This document shows positions 1-7,089 of a stretch of 64,000 nucleotides of DNA, in pieces. The position numbers and the translations under genes were made by a program. The DNA is from Candidatus Heimdallarchaeota archaeon (GTDB lineage Archaea > Asgardarchaeota > Heimdallarchaeia > Heimdallarchaeales > Heimdallarchaeaceae), in assembly GCA_030668825.1 (NCBI GenBank), contig DAOVET010000005.1, positions 1,736 to 65,735 of the forward strand, read 5' to 3'. Below the pieces are notes generated by a model. The model was not told the DNA's origin and made no database searches. It was given only the letters and a program-made list of their open reading frames with translations. Each line of letters starts with the position of its first letter. The stretch's first letter is position 1.

Positions 1-349
1 ATCCAATCTCAAAAGATGGTACTTCCCATTTTTTGGGTTCAATCCAAATATTTCCAATAAAATCATTTGTTTTCTTTAACCAAATCCCTACAACAAATCG
101 GGTTCGAGTGGTAAAATCTGCGGATAATGAACGAATGCGAATTTCAGCGTCTTCTACTGTATAAACATTGTTTGCTTCATCTACATAATCCTTTAGAAAC
201 TCTCGGTTATTATTTCGTTCTAGTAAATTGTATAACCCTTTTCCGTCCCCTTTCTCATATTTTCTAATAACTAATCTTTCTGTTTCAATTCGAGTAGGTA
301 GATCAAGTAGTAGTTTTTGCATTTCTTTCTTCATATTAATCGCATTCAT
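1..349 (-). CDS. GNAT-family N-acetyltransferase (RimL/RimJ-like); the CDS runs off the window start
   Basis: Reverse-strand translation starting at the complement of the ATG at 347-349 gives MNAINMKKEMQKLLLDLPTRIETERLVIRKYEKGDGKGLYNLLERNN...FVVGIWLKKTNDFIGNIWIE. The 'ETERLxIR' N-terminal motif and overall pattern match the Acetyltransf_3/RimL family. It is missing from the ORF track because it has no stop inside the window. Confidence 0.5.
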   Translation of the reverse strand, partial: MNAINMKKEMQKLLLDLPTRIETERLVIRKYEKGDGKGLYNLLERNNNREFLKDYVDEANNVYTVEDAEIRIRSLSADFTTRTRFVVGIWLKKTNDFIGNIWIEPKKWEVPSFEIG

Positions 350-464
350 TATATATTTTTAACCTACCTTATTAGAACATTATCTCTTCTTTCTAATAAC
401 CATAGTTCCAATAAGGGAGACAATACAAGAAGATGGATAAAAAAATTGAAAAAATAAAAAGGTG

Positions 465-1346
465 TTAGAATTCAGATACCAAGGCAACAACATCTGGACC
501 TGTGTGTGCAGATATAGTAACACCTGTGCATCTTGTTCTTATTTTCACATCTTGGAAGTGCTGTTTTAATTGCTTCTCCATTCTCCCAGCAAATTCTAGA
601 TTATTACCATGAATTATAATAACTTGTTTTGGAAATCTAGAAAAATTCTCTGAGGTTAATTCAAGAATTTTAAGAATGCCTTCATCTGTTTCTGTGACAG
701 TTGTAGCAACTTCGTTTTTGCCTTCTTCATTCACAACTGTAATAGGTTTCTTTTTTAGTAGAGTTCCAAGAATGTATTTTGTCACCGAGATTCTACCTCC
801 CTTACGTAAGAATTTCAATGAAGGAAGAAGTATGTAAGTTTTGATGTTATTAACATGTTCTCTTAGTTTTATTGCTATTTCATTACCGTTTAAACCTTGC
901 TTTTGTAGTCTCAAACCTTCCTCAATCAATAATACCTCAGAATATGATGCATTCAATGCATCAACAAGGTGAACTTTAATTGTCTCATTTTTCCTCTTAA
1001 GCATATTTACCCCCAAGCGTGCACTGTTCATTGTTCCACTTAAACCTGAACTTAGGGTTACCACTATTATTTCTTCCACTCCTTCTTTTGCTAGTTCTTC
1101 ATAAATAGTAAAGAAATCATTAGGGGTCGGTTGAGCAGTTTTTGCAGAGAAATCACCAACTGAGTCATATTTGCTGTAATAGGAATCAAGATCAAAACTT
1201 CTATCCTCCTTATGTACAACATCATCTGCATCACTAAAAGTTACAGTCAAAGGAACAACTTTCACACCTATTTTTTCAGCATAATCAAGATCAATATCTG
1301 AACCACTATCTGTAACAAAACCTATTTTCATAGTTTTTCCATTCAT
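465..1346 (-). CDS. DegV-family fatty-acid-binding protein
   Basis: 293 aa. N-terminus MKIGFVTDSGSDIDLDYAEKIGVKVVPLTVTF matches the DegV signature (MKIAxVTDSxxDL...VPLxV). Length and pattern fit the EDD-fold DegV family. Confidence 0.75.
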   Translation of the reverse strand: MNGKTMKIGFVTDSGSDIDLDYAEKIGVKVVPLTVTFSDADDVVHKEDRSFDLDSYYSKYDSVGDFSAKTAQPTPNDFFTIYEELAKEGVEEIIVVTLSSGLSGTMNSARLGVNMLKRKNETIKVHLVDALNASYSEVLLIEEGLRLQKQGLNGNEIAIKLREHVNNIKTYILLPSLKFLRKGGRISVTKYILGTLLKKKPITVVNEEGKNEVATTVTETDEGILKILELTSENFSRFPKQVIIIHGNNLEFAGRMEKQLKQHFQDVKIRTRCTGVTISAHTGPDVVALVSEF

Positions 1347-1401
1347 TTCCTAATTTATAAGAAGTTCTCTGAAACAAGAGAATAAACAACAATAAGAAGA
1401 A

Positions 1402-1509
1402 TGGTGGCCGGACCGTGATTTTCAGTATTTCAGAGCGCATCTGAAACCTTTTGAACACGGGATCTCCTGGTCCCAAACCAGGGGCCATACCAAGCTAGAC
1501 CATCCGGCC
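1402..1509 (-). tRNA. tRNA-Pro (anticodon TGG) with a ~31-nt intron inside the T-loop
   Basis: Reverse complement: GGCCGGA(acc) TGGTCTAGCTTGGTATGGCC(D) CCTGG-TTTGGGA-CCAGG(anticodon arm, UGG) AGATC CCGTG-TTCAA[aaggtttcagatgcgctctgaaatactgaaa]AT-CACGG TCCGGCC A CCA. The acceptor and T-stem pair perfectly only if the long insert in the T-loop is treated as an intron. Confidence 0.8.
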
Positions 1510-1572
1510 AATAATTCTACACTATTTGCGTTCAACTCATCTAATTAAGCTTTTCGTTCTTGTTACACTAGC

Positions 1573-3102
1573 TTAATCAAACATTGCTCTATTTGCTAGC
1601 ATTAGCAAAACATCTTCTGTTAACCAGTTGTTAACTTGTAACCAGAGTTTGTTTATCCAAAAATCTGCAACAACTTGTTCAGGATTTGTTGGCTTGCTCA
1701 TAACACTAGGAGGGAAAAATGTTCTGTCTCTGTCATGAGCACCAAAATTGTGACTGATTTCGTGTTGAATAAGATTTTCAGCCCAATCTCCGACAATTGT
1801 TATCCAACTATACTCACCTAGTTCTTTTGATTGACCAAAATGAAAACATGCATTCATCTCATAATAAGCAAATCCAAAGTGTTCAGATGTTTGATTCGAA
1901 TATGATGTTAAGAGATCAAAACCATGATTTTGGTTAGATCTGCTTTTTGCAACATTCCATTCAGATTCCAAGCCTAACATCTCCCCTGCTGAAGCTAAAG
2001 CATCATCATCCACCACTATCCAGCTAAGATTAGATGGGTGCCATTCGAGTTCTAGAATGGGTATCAGCTTGATTCCAAGTTCCTTTTCAAAGAAATATGA
2101 TGTTGCTGCGATGGTTGTAAAGAGATCCGATCTTCCTATTTCGTCTCCAATAGTTTCCCAATTGTCATTAAGCATCAAAACATAGACACGATGTTCGTAT
2201 TGTAGGATGGATAAATCATCTAGGTAGACATTGGTATTATTATCGGCATAAGTGAAAGATATCTGTAAGGTAACATTGGTGATTCCTGAAGCTTCACCAT
2301 AGTGCATAATCTGATTTTGTACTGAACCTGCATTGAGTTCCAAGCTCATATTAGCTTCGATGCTATCTAAGAACAGCTTAAAGTTAATACTACTGTTAGT
2401 ACTTTCTATAACTTGTTCAAAAGAGAGAAAATGACTGTTAGTCATATTGATTGTTTGCGAGATGCTAACCCAGATAGAATTATTTGGTTGTACATCTTGA
2501 TTGTTGCTAATAAAAAGGCTATTACCATCAAGAGAACTATGAGTGGAAATTCCTACAGAGGTATTATCGCTCATTTGATTAATATTCCAACCACTTAGTC
2601 CATCCTGAAATTCTTCATTTGATAATTGTTCCACTTCCTGTGGATTAACAACGTTGAAAATCATTGACAATTCTTCTAAAACATCTGGAGCTTTATCCTC
2701 AAATGTGAAATTAACAAACTCTGTTTTGTATTCTCCAACATTTAGCGCAAAGAATCCCGTACTTGTGTTTAACAGAGGTCCAACATCAATGGTAATAAGT
2801 TCAGTGCCTCGTAGAAGTTCTTGATTAATATCATAACGCATTGTATCATTAAGGGAGTACAGAGTGGAACTAATTCTTATTTCAACAGCTTTAACCGTTA
2901 GTTTGTTAATTCCACTGATATCTAACTCAAATTTTAGCTTTAGAGGATCTCCTTTCAATATTTCTTCTGGATGTAATAAGGAAACTAAATTAGCTTCTCC
3001 CGAGAAATAATTAGAAATAATTGTGTTAGTGACAAAATAACCACCCACACCCACAGCTGTTAGACCAATTAATAATATGGCAATAAGAGTGGTTCTTTTC
3101 AA
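1573..3102 (-). CDS. Membrane-anchored/secreted zinc metalloprotease, metzincin/reprolysin-like
   Basis: 509 aa. N-terminal TM/signal anchor (LIAILLIGLTAVGVGGYFV), many N-x-S/T sequons, and a C-terminal HEISHNFGAHDRD zinc-binding motif (HExxHxxGxxD-like). Confidence 0.6.
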   Translation of the reverse strand: MKRTTLIAILLIGLTAVGVGGYFVTNTIISNYFSGEANLVSLLHPEEILKGDPLKLKFELDISGINKLTVKAVEIRISSTLYSLNDTMRYDINQELLRGTELITIDVGPLLNTSTGFFALNVGEYKTEFVNFTFEDKAPDVLEELSMIFNVVNPQEVEQLSNEEFQDGLSGWNINQMSDNTSVGISTHSSLDGNSLFISNNQDVQPNNSIWVSISQTINMTNSHFLSFEQVIESTNSSINFKLFLDSIEANMSLELNAGSVQNQIMHYGEASGITNVTLQISFTYADNNTNVYLDDLSILQYEHRVYVLMLNDNWETIGDEIGRSDLFTTIAATSYFFEKELGIKLIPILELEWHPSNLSWIVVDDDALASAGEMLGLESEWNVAKSRSNQNHGFDLLTSYSNQTSEHFGFAYYEMNACFHFGQSKELGEYSWITIVGDWAENLIQHEISHNFGAHDRDRTFFPPSVMSKPTNPEQVVADFWINKLWLQVNNWLTEDVLLMLANRAMFD

Positions 3103-3171
3103 ACTACCTTCACTAAAGGAATAATATGTTAAACGGTTATATATTCTTTGGATTGTAAAGAAGGAAGAGGA

Positions 3172-3882
3172 TTATACACTTTCAGGTTCTATTTCTACCT
3201 TTTCCCCCATTTTCCTTTCAGTTCCTGTGAGCAATCTTTTGATATTCGCTTTATGACGCCAGAAAATAAATACAACCATTATACAAGCAACAATTAAAGC
3301 CCAAAGACTACCATTGAAAAACCAATCAGTTCCTGCAAAAATCCAGTATATGACAGGTGCAACCAGTGCCATTATTAGATTTGAAAGTGACATGATTTTG
3401 GTAAATTTGAGTAATGGAATCCATGCTAGAATAACAATCACAAAAGCAATTGGGTTGATTCCTAGTATTGCACCAGACCCTACAGCTGCAGATTTTCCTC
3501 CTTTGAATTTAACCCAAACAGGTAAAGCATGACCTACAACCGCCATTAGAGCTACTAAAGTTAACAAAAATCCTTCATCAAGGAACTTTGGAAAGTCTGT
3601 TCCTCCACTTTTAGTTCCAAACCCTGAATAATTTCCTAACCAGATATAAAGTCTCGCTAGAAGTACTGGTATTGTCCCCTTAATCATATCAAGTCCCATT
3701 GTTAGGAAACCTGCTTTCTTTCCTAATGCTCTCATTACATTAGTTGCACCCATATTTCCTGAACCATAGTCCCTTATGTCAATTCCACGACCAACTTTAC
3801 CAACTATATATGCAAAGGGTATAGAGCCAAACAAATAGCCTGCAACCACTAAAAGAATCTCATATAGAATCTCATATTCCAT
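3172..3882 (-). CDS. plsY: Glycerol-3-phosphate acyltransferase PlsY (bacterial-type phospholipid synthesis)
   Basis: 236 aa polytopic membrane protein with GSGNMGATNVMR (the PlsY 'GSGNxGATN' acyl-phosphate motif) and a conserved HALPVW-like region. Confidence 0.8.
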   Translation of the reverse strand: MEYEILYEILLVVAGYLFGSIPFAYIVGKVGRGIDIRDYGSGNMGATNVMRALGKKAGFLTMGLDMIKGTIPVLLARLYIWLGNYSGFGTKSGGTDFPKFLDEGFLLTLVALMAVVGHALPVWVKFKGGKSAAVGSGAILGINPIAFVIVILAWIPLLKFTKIMSLSNLIMALVAPVIYWIFAGTDWFFNGSLWALIVACIMVVFIFWRHKANIKRLLTGTERKMGEKVEIEPESV

Positions 3883-3981
3883 AGTGTAGAAGATTGTAGA
3901 CTTTTATTTAAAATTTGCCAGAAGATAAAAAGTACATAAAAAGCAATAGGATAGATTTAGAATAAAAAAGAGAGGAAATGT

Positions 3982-4218
3982 TTATTTCTCAACGCAAATC
4001 ATAGTCATGGTACTACGTACATTCTCTAAAGCTCTTAGATTTTCAGTAACAATTTTCTTTAACTCATCCATAGTATCTGCTTCAATTTTTGCAATTAGAT
4101 CATAAACACCATAAACAACATGAGCTTCTTTTACGTTAGGTAAGGACATTAATTGGTTGAGTACGCCCTTTTCTTCTCCAATCTCACTATTTATCAGAAT
4201 AAAAGCTATCGCCATCAA
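3982..4218 (-). CDS. Stand-alone Lrp/AsnC ligand-binding (RAM) domain protein
   Basis: 78 aa. VKEAHVVYGVYDLIAKIEADTMDEL matches the AsnC_trans_reg C-terminal domain pattern. Confidence 0.6.
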   Translation of the reverse strand: MMAIAFILINSEIGEEKGVLNQLMSLPNVKEAHVVYGVYDLIAKIEADTMDELKKIVTENLRALENVRSTMTMICVEK

Positions 4219-4376
4219 GACATCACCTACAGAATGTATGTATTATTGTTTAATAAACTTTTTTCAGAATTGCTTAAATATATACAGAAACCTTGAAGGA
4301 AAAAAATAGTCACTCTATTCCAGTATTTATGTCGAACCAACGAAATTTTAAGCGCCTTTAACTTTGAACACTTAGA

Positions 4377-5159
4377 ATGCAAGAGACCATTATTCCTGAT
4401 AAACTCAAAGAATTAGCAAAACCATATTTCTTTAAGGCTGAAAAGAAGAATGAAACAAATACTTTGGTCATTCTAGTACATGGTTTTGGTGCTTCTGCAA
4501 CAGAAACTAGACCGCTAGGGGAATATTTGTGTAGGAATGGGTTTGACATTTATGGTATTTTATTAACTGGTCATGGAACAGATTCCAAAGATATGGATTC
4601 AATCAGTTGGAGGGATTGGTACGAGAATATTGCCAATATATATGATGAGTGTGCCAAAAAATACAATAACGTATACATTGGTGGTATTTCGTTAGGTGGC
4701 GCCTTAACTCTATATGCATGTACCAAGCTAAAGTTTACAGGTTTTTTTACAATAAATTCATTATATAGATTTTCAAGAAAACTCACCCCCTTAATATGGT
4801 TATTGCATTTTTTCAAAATACATAGACCTAGAAATATTGATAGGATAAAATGGTATGTTGAAAACGATTTATTTGCTTATCCTGATGATTCAACATACGC
4901 TGCTTATCAAATTTTAAAGATGCTAAACGTTTTACATAGAAGGATAAATCAAATTGATATTCCTGCACTAATCATACATTCAAAAGAAGATAAGACAATA
5001 ACTCCCAAAAGTGCAGAATGGATTTATGAAGATTTAAAATCAGAAAAAGAATTGGTACAACTTCCAAGAGGAGATCATATACTAACTGTAGATGAAAATA
5101 GAGAAGAAGCCTTTAAGAAGATAGAACAATTCATAAGAAAACTAATAATAAGCAAATAA
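4377..5159 (+). CDS. Alpha/beta-hydrolase fold esterase/lipase
   Basis: 260 aa. VILVHGFGASATE (oxyanion region), GGISLGGALTL nucleophile elbow (GxSxG) and a C-terminal His region (RGDHILTV). Confidence 0.75.
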   Translation: MQETIIPDKLKELAKPYFFKAEKKNETNTLVILVHGFGASATETRPLGEYLCRNGFDIYGILLTGHGTDSKDMDSISWRDWYENIANIYDECAKKYNNVYIGGISLGGALTLYACTKLKFTGFFTINSLYRFSRKLTPLIWLLHFFKIHRPRNIDRIKWYVENDLFAYPDDSTYAAYQILKMLNVLHRRINQIDIPALIIHSKEDKTITPKSAEWIYEDLKSEKELVQLPRGDHILTVDENREEAFKKIEQFIRKLIISK

Positions 5160-5207
5160 CGAAAAATATTAAAAAGAATAGCCCAAAGAAGCGTTATAAC
5201 AAGCGAT

Positions 5208-5316
5208 GCCTCAATGGTGTAGCTCGGCCAATCATTGCGGACTTTCACATGAGAAAGTCCGCGTGACTAAGCAGGAATATCCGCAGACCCGGGTTCAAAT
5301 CCCGGTTGAGGCACCA
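5208..5316 (+). tRNA. tRNA-Glu (anticodon TTC) with a ~31-nt intron in the anticodon loop region
   Basis: GCCTCAA...TTGAGGC acceptor. Archaeal Glu-type D-arm GGTGTAGCTCGGCCAATCAT. Anticodon stem GCGGA/TCCGC encloses CTTTCA[catgagaaagtccgcgtgactaagcaggaat]A, giving a CUUUCAA loop. T-arm CCGGGTTCAAATCCCGG, CCA encoded. Confidence 0.8.
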
Positions 5317-5388
5317 AATTTTTCTTAAACCCTTCAAGTCTTCAGATTAAACTTTATTAAAGTTCAAGTATGCTGTTCTTGACTACTG

Positions 5389-5853
5389 ATGGTTGATTAT
5401 AGACTTACTACAATAGAGGATATTGATAACCTGATATTATTAAGAATAACATTCTTACAAGAAGCTGAGGAAGTGGATTCTTCAAGTTCTGTAGAAGTGT
5501 TGAAAAAATCGCTTTATAGCTATTTCAAAGAGAAGATACCTAACAAATTATTTGTATCTTGGTTAGCAGAGGATGAAGGAAGAATCATAGCAACAAGTGG
5601 TTTATCCTTCCATGTTGTACCCCCCTCATATGAAAATCCTTCAGGAGAAGAAGCTTATCTTATGAATATGTATACACTTCCTGAATACAGAAAACAGGGA
5701 ATAGGGGGGAACCTTCTAAATAAAACTGTAAATGAAGCCAGGAAAAGAGGAATAAGAAAAATTAGGTTACATACAACCGAGATTGGTAAGTCATTATATG
5801 AGAAGAAAGGTTTTGTGGAAACAAAAAGTGAAATGGTTTTACTTCTAGTTTAA
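5389..5853 (+). CDS. GNAT-family N-acetyltransferase
   Basis: 154 aa. YRKQGIGGNLLNKTVNEARKRGIRKIRLHT matches the GNAT motif A (Q/RxxGxG/A) region. Confidence 0.75.
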   Translation: MVDYRLTTIEDIDNLILLRITFLQEAEEVDSSSSVEVLKKSLYSYFKEKIPNKLFVSWLAEDEGRIIATSGLSFHVVPPSYENPSGEEAYLMNMYTLPEYRKQGIGGNLLNKTVNEARKRGIRKIRLHTTEIGKSLYEKKGFVETKSEMVLLLV

Positions 5854-5927
5854 ACATAGACATTCAAGAATAAATTTAAAAAATAAAAGCTATTGACTTT
5901 ATTGACCAGACCTTTTCGTAACTTTAG

Positions 5928-6012
5928 GCGGGGATTGCCGAGTGGTCAAAGGCGCTGGACTTAGGATCCAGTCCTTAGTGGTTCGGGAGTTCAAATCTCC
6001 CTCCCCGCACCA
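5928..6012 (+). tRNA. tRNA-Leu (anticodon TAG), class II with a long variable arm
   Basis: GCGGGGA TT GCCGAGTGGTCAAAGGCG CTGGA-CTTAGGA-TCCAG TCCTTAGTGGTTC GGGAG-TTCAAAT-CTCCC TCCCCGC A CCA. Confidence 0.9.
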
Positions 6013-6059
6013 ATTTATGATGGGATTCTGTCATCTAGTCCTCTTGAATTTTTGTTATG

Positions 6060-6067
6060 TTTATATA
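6060..6067 (+). promoter_or_regulatory. Archaeal TATA box (TTTATATA) ~25 nt upstream of a GC-rich RNA start
   Basis: TTTATATA at 6060-6067 is followed at ~6089 by GGGAAAGGGG, the start of a GC-rich structured segment in otherwise AT-rich DNA. Confidence 0.4.
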
Positions 6068-6088
6068 GAGTAAACAGACATAAAATAT

Positions 6089-6270
6089 GGGAAAGGGGTT
6101 TGCCGCTCGTGTAGACTTTGCGGACCACCTCCCACTAACGATTGTGGTCAAGATACAAGAGTGCAGGAACCCATGACCAAGACTCCATTTATGGGTGGTG
6201 AACCAGCAAGCAATCCGTAAGCACTCTATGAGTGTGAGCGGGGTAGGAGGATACGTGATTTATCCCTTAG
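6089..6270 (+). ncRNA. Candidate structured ncRNA of unknown class (SRP-RNA-like helix features; ends approximate)
   Basis: Local GC spike with nested complementary segments: GGGAAAGGGG...CCCTT closing; CCGC/GCGG hairpin; AGAGTGC...GCACTCT enclosing ACCCAT...ATGGGT. CAGGAACC and GGTGAACCAGCAAGC resemble SRP helix-8 strands. No protein-like ORF on this strand segment. Confidence 0.3.
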
Positions 6271-6423
6271 AACGAGTAGAATCAGTAAGTTAGTCATCTT
6301 ACAGTTGATATGATGAACTCTAAAAAATTACACTTAACATGACTATATGACACAAAGAAATCATAAACTCACTTACAATTTTATGTCGCCTTAAAACAAC
6401 CATCCTTAACCTCTTTCCTCATT

Positions 6424-6954
6424 TTGTTCACTTTCAACAAAGTCTGTCTGCTTTTCTTAAATATGCCATTCACTTATGTTATACTGGTCATCATGTCTTC
6501 ATGCTCTCTAGTGCAAGAAAACTTACCAGATCTGGGGGTAGTTACTGTAAAATTCGATTTACAGTTGGGTCCTGTTGTTCTGCATAACCATTCTTCATTA
6601 TCAGAAGATTTGTTATTGAGATTAGCGATTAAAGGAACTTCATCATTGATGAATGGTCTTCCTTATAATTACAACAATTCCAGACGTTTCAGAGGTCTGC
6701 TTCAATTATCAGAAGAGTACTTTGTTTATGGGTTCGATTTAGTGCTTATTGATGATAATAGTGACGAAGGAGACTTTTCACCAATTATTGTCTTTTTAGT
6801 TTTTCCAACAAGTTCCTTACCTCTTATAGGATCAAATATCCGCTCAATTGAAAGAATAATGTATCAATCGACACAATCTTTCTTAACCTTATCAAATCTG
6901 AATCCTGATTTTGGATCTGGCTTAGTGTCTTCTATACAAGATATATTGCTTTAA
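6424..6954 (+). CDS. Hypothetical protein (weak; may be a non-coding region)
   Basis: 176-aa ORF with an odd composition and no recognisable motifs. It is the only long ORF in the 1.1-kb gap between tRNA-Leu and the next gene. Confidence 0.2.
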   Translation: MFTFNKVCLLFLNMPFTYVILVIMSSCSLVQENLPDLGVVTVKFDLQLGPVVLHNHSSLSEDLLLRLAIKGTSSLMNGLPYNYNNSRRFRGLLQLSEEYFVYGFDLVLIDDNSDEGDFSPIIVFLVFPTSSLPLIGSNIRSIERIMYQSTQSFLTLSNLNPDFGSGLVSSIQDILL

Positions 6955-7089
6955 AATATTTCAACTTTCATTTTACTTTTTTATCACTAAAAATCTCCTA
7001 ATTTCCTTCTTTTTTCAAACTAGGTGAAAAAGAACCTATAAATAGCCCAACATGCTATACAGTTGTTAGCAACATAAGAAGTTGATTTT

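Noticed and set aside
1306-1488. 60-aa ORF (FKRFQMRSEILKI…) overlapping tRNA-Pro
   Set aside because: It translates the tRNA and its T-loop intron. A near-identical peptide arises at tRNA-Phe (25244-25465) for the same reason, so it is an artefact of the shared intron core.
6089-6270. Assigning the ncRNA candidate definitively as SRP RNA or RNase P RNA
   Set aside because: Only partial motif resemblance (helix-8-like strands). The length (~180 nt) is too short for canonical archaeal versions, so it is kept as an unknown structured RNA.
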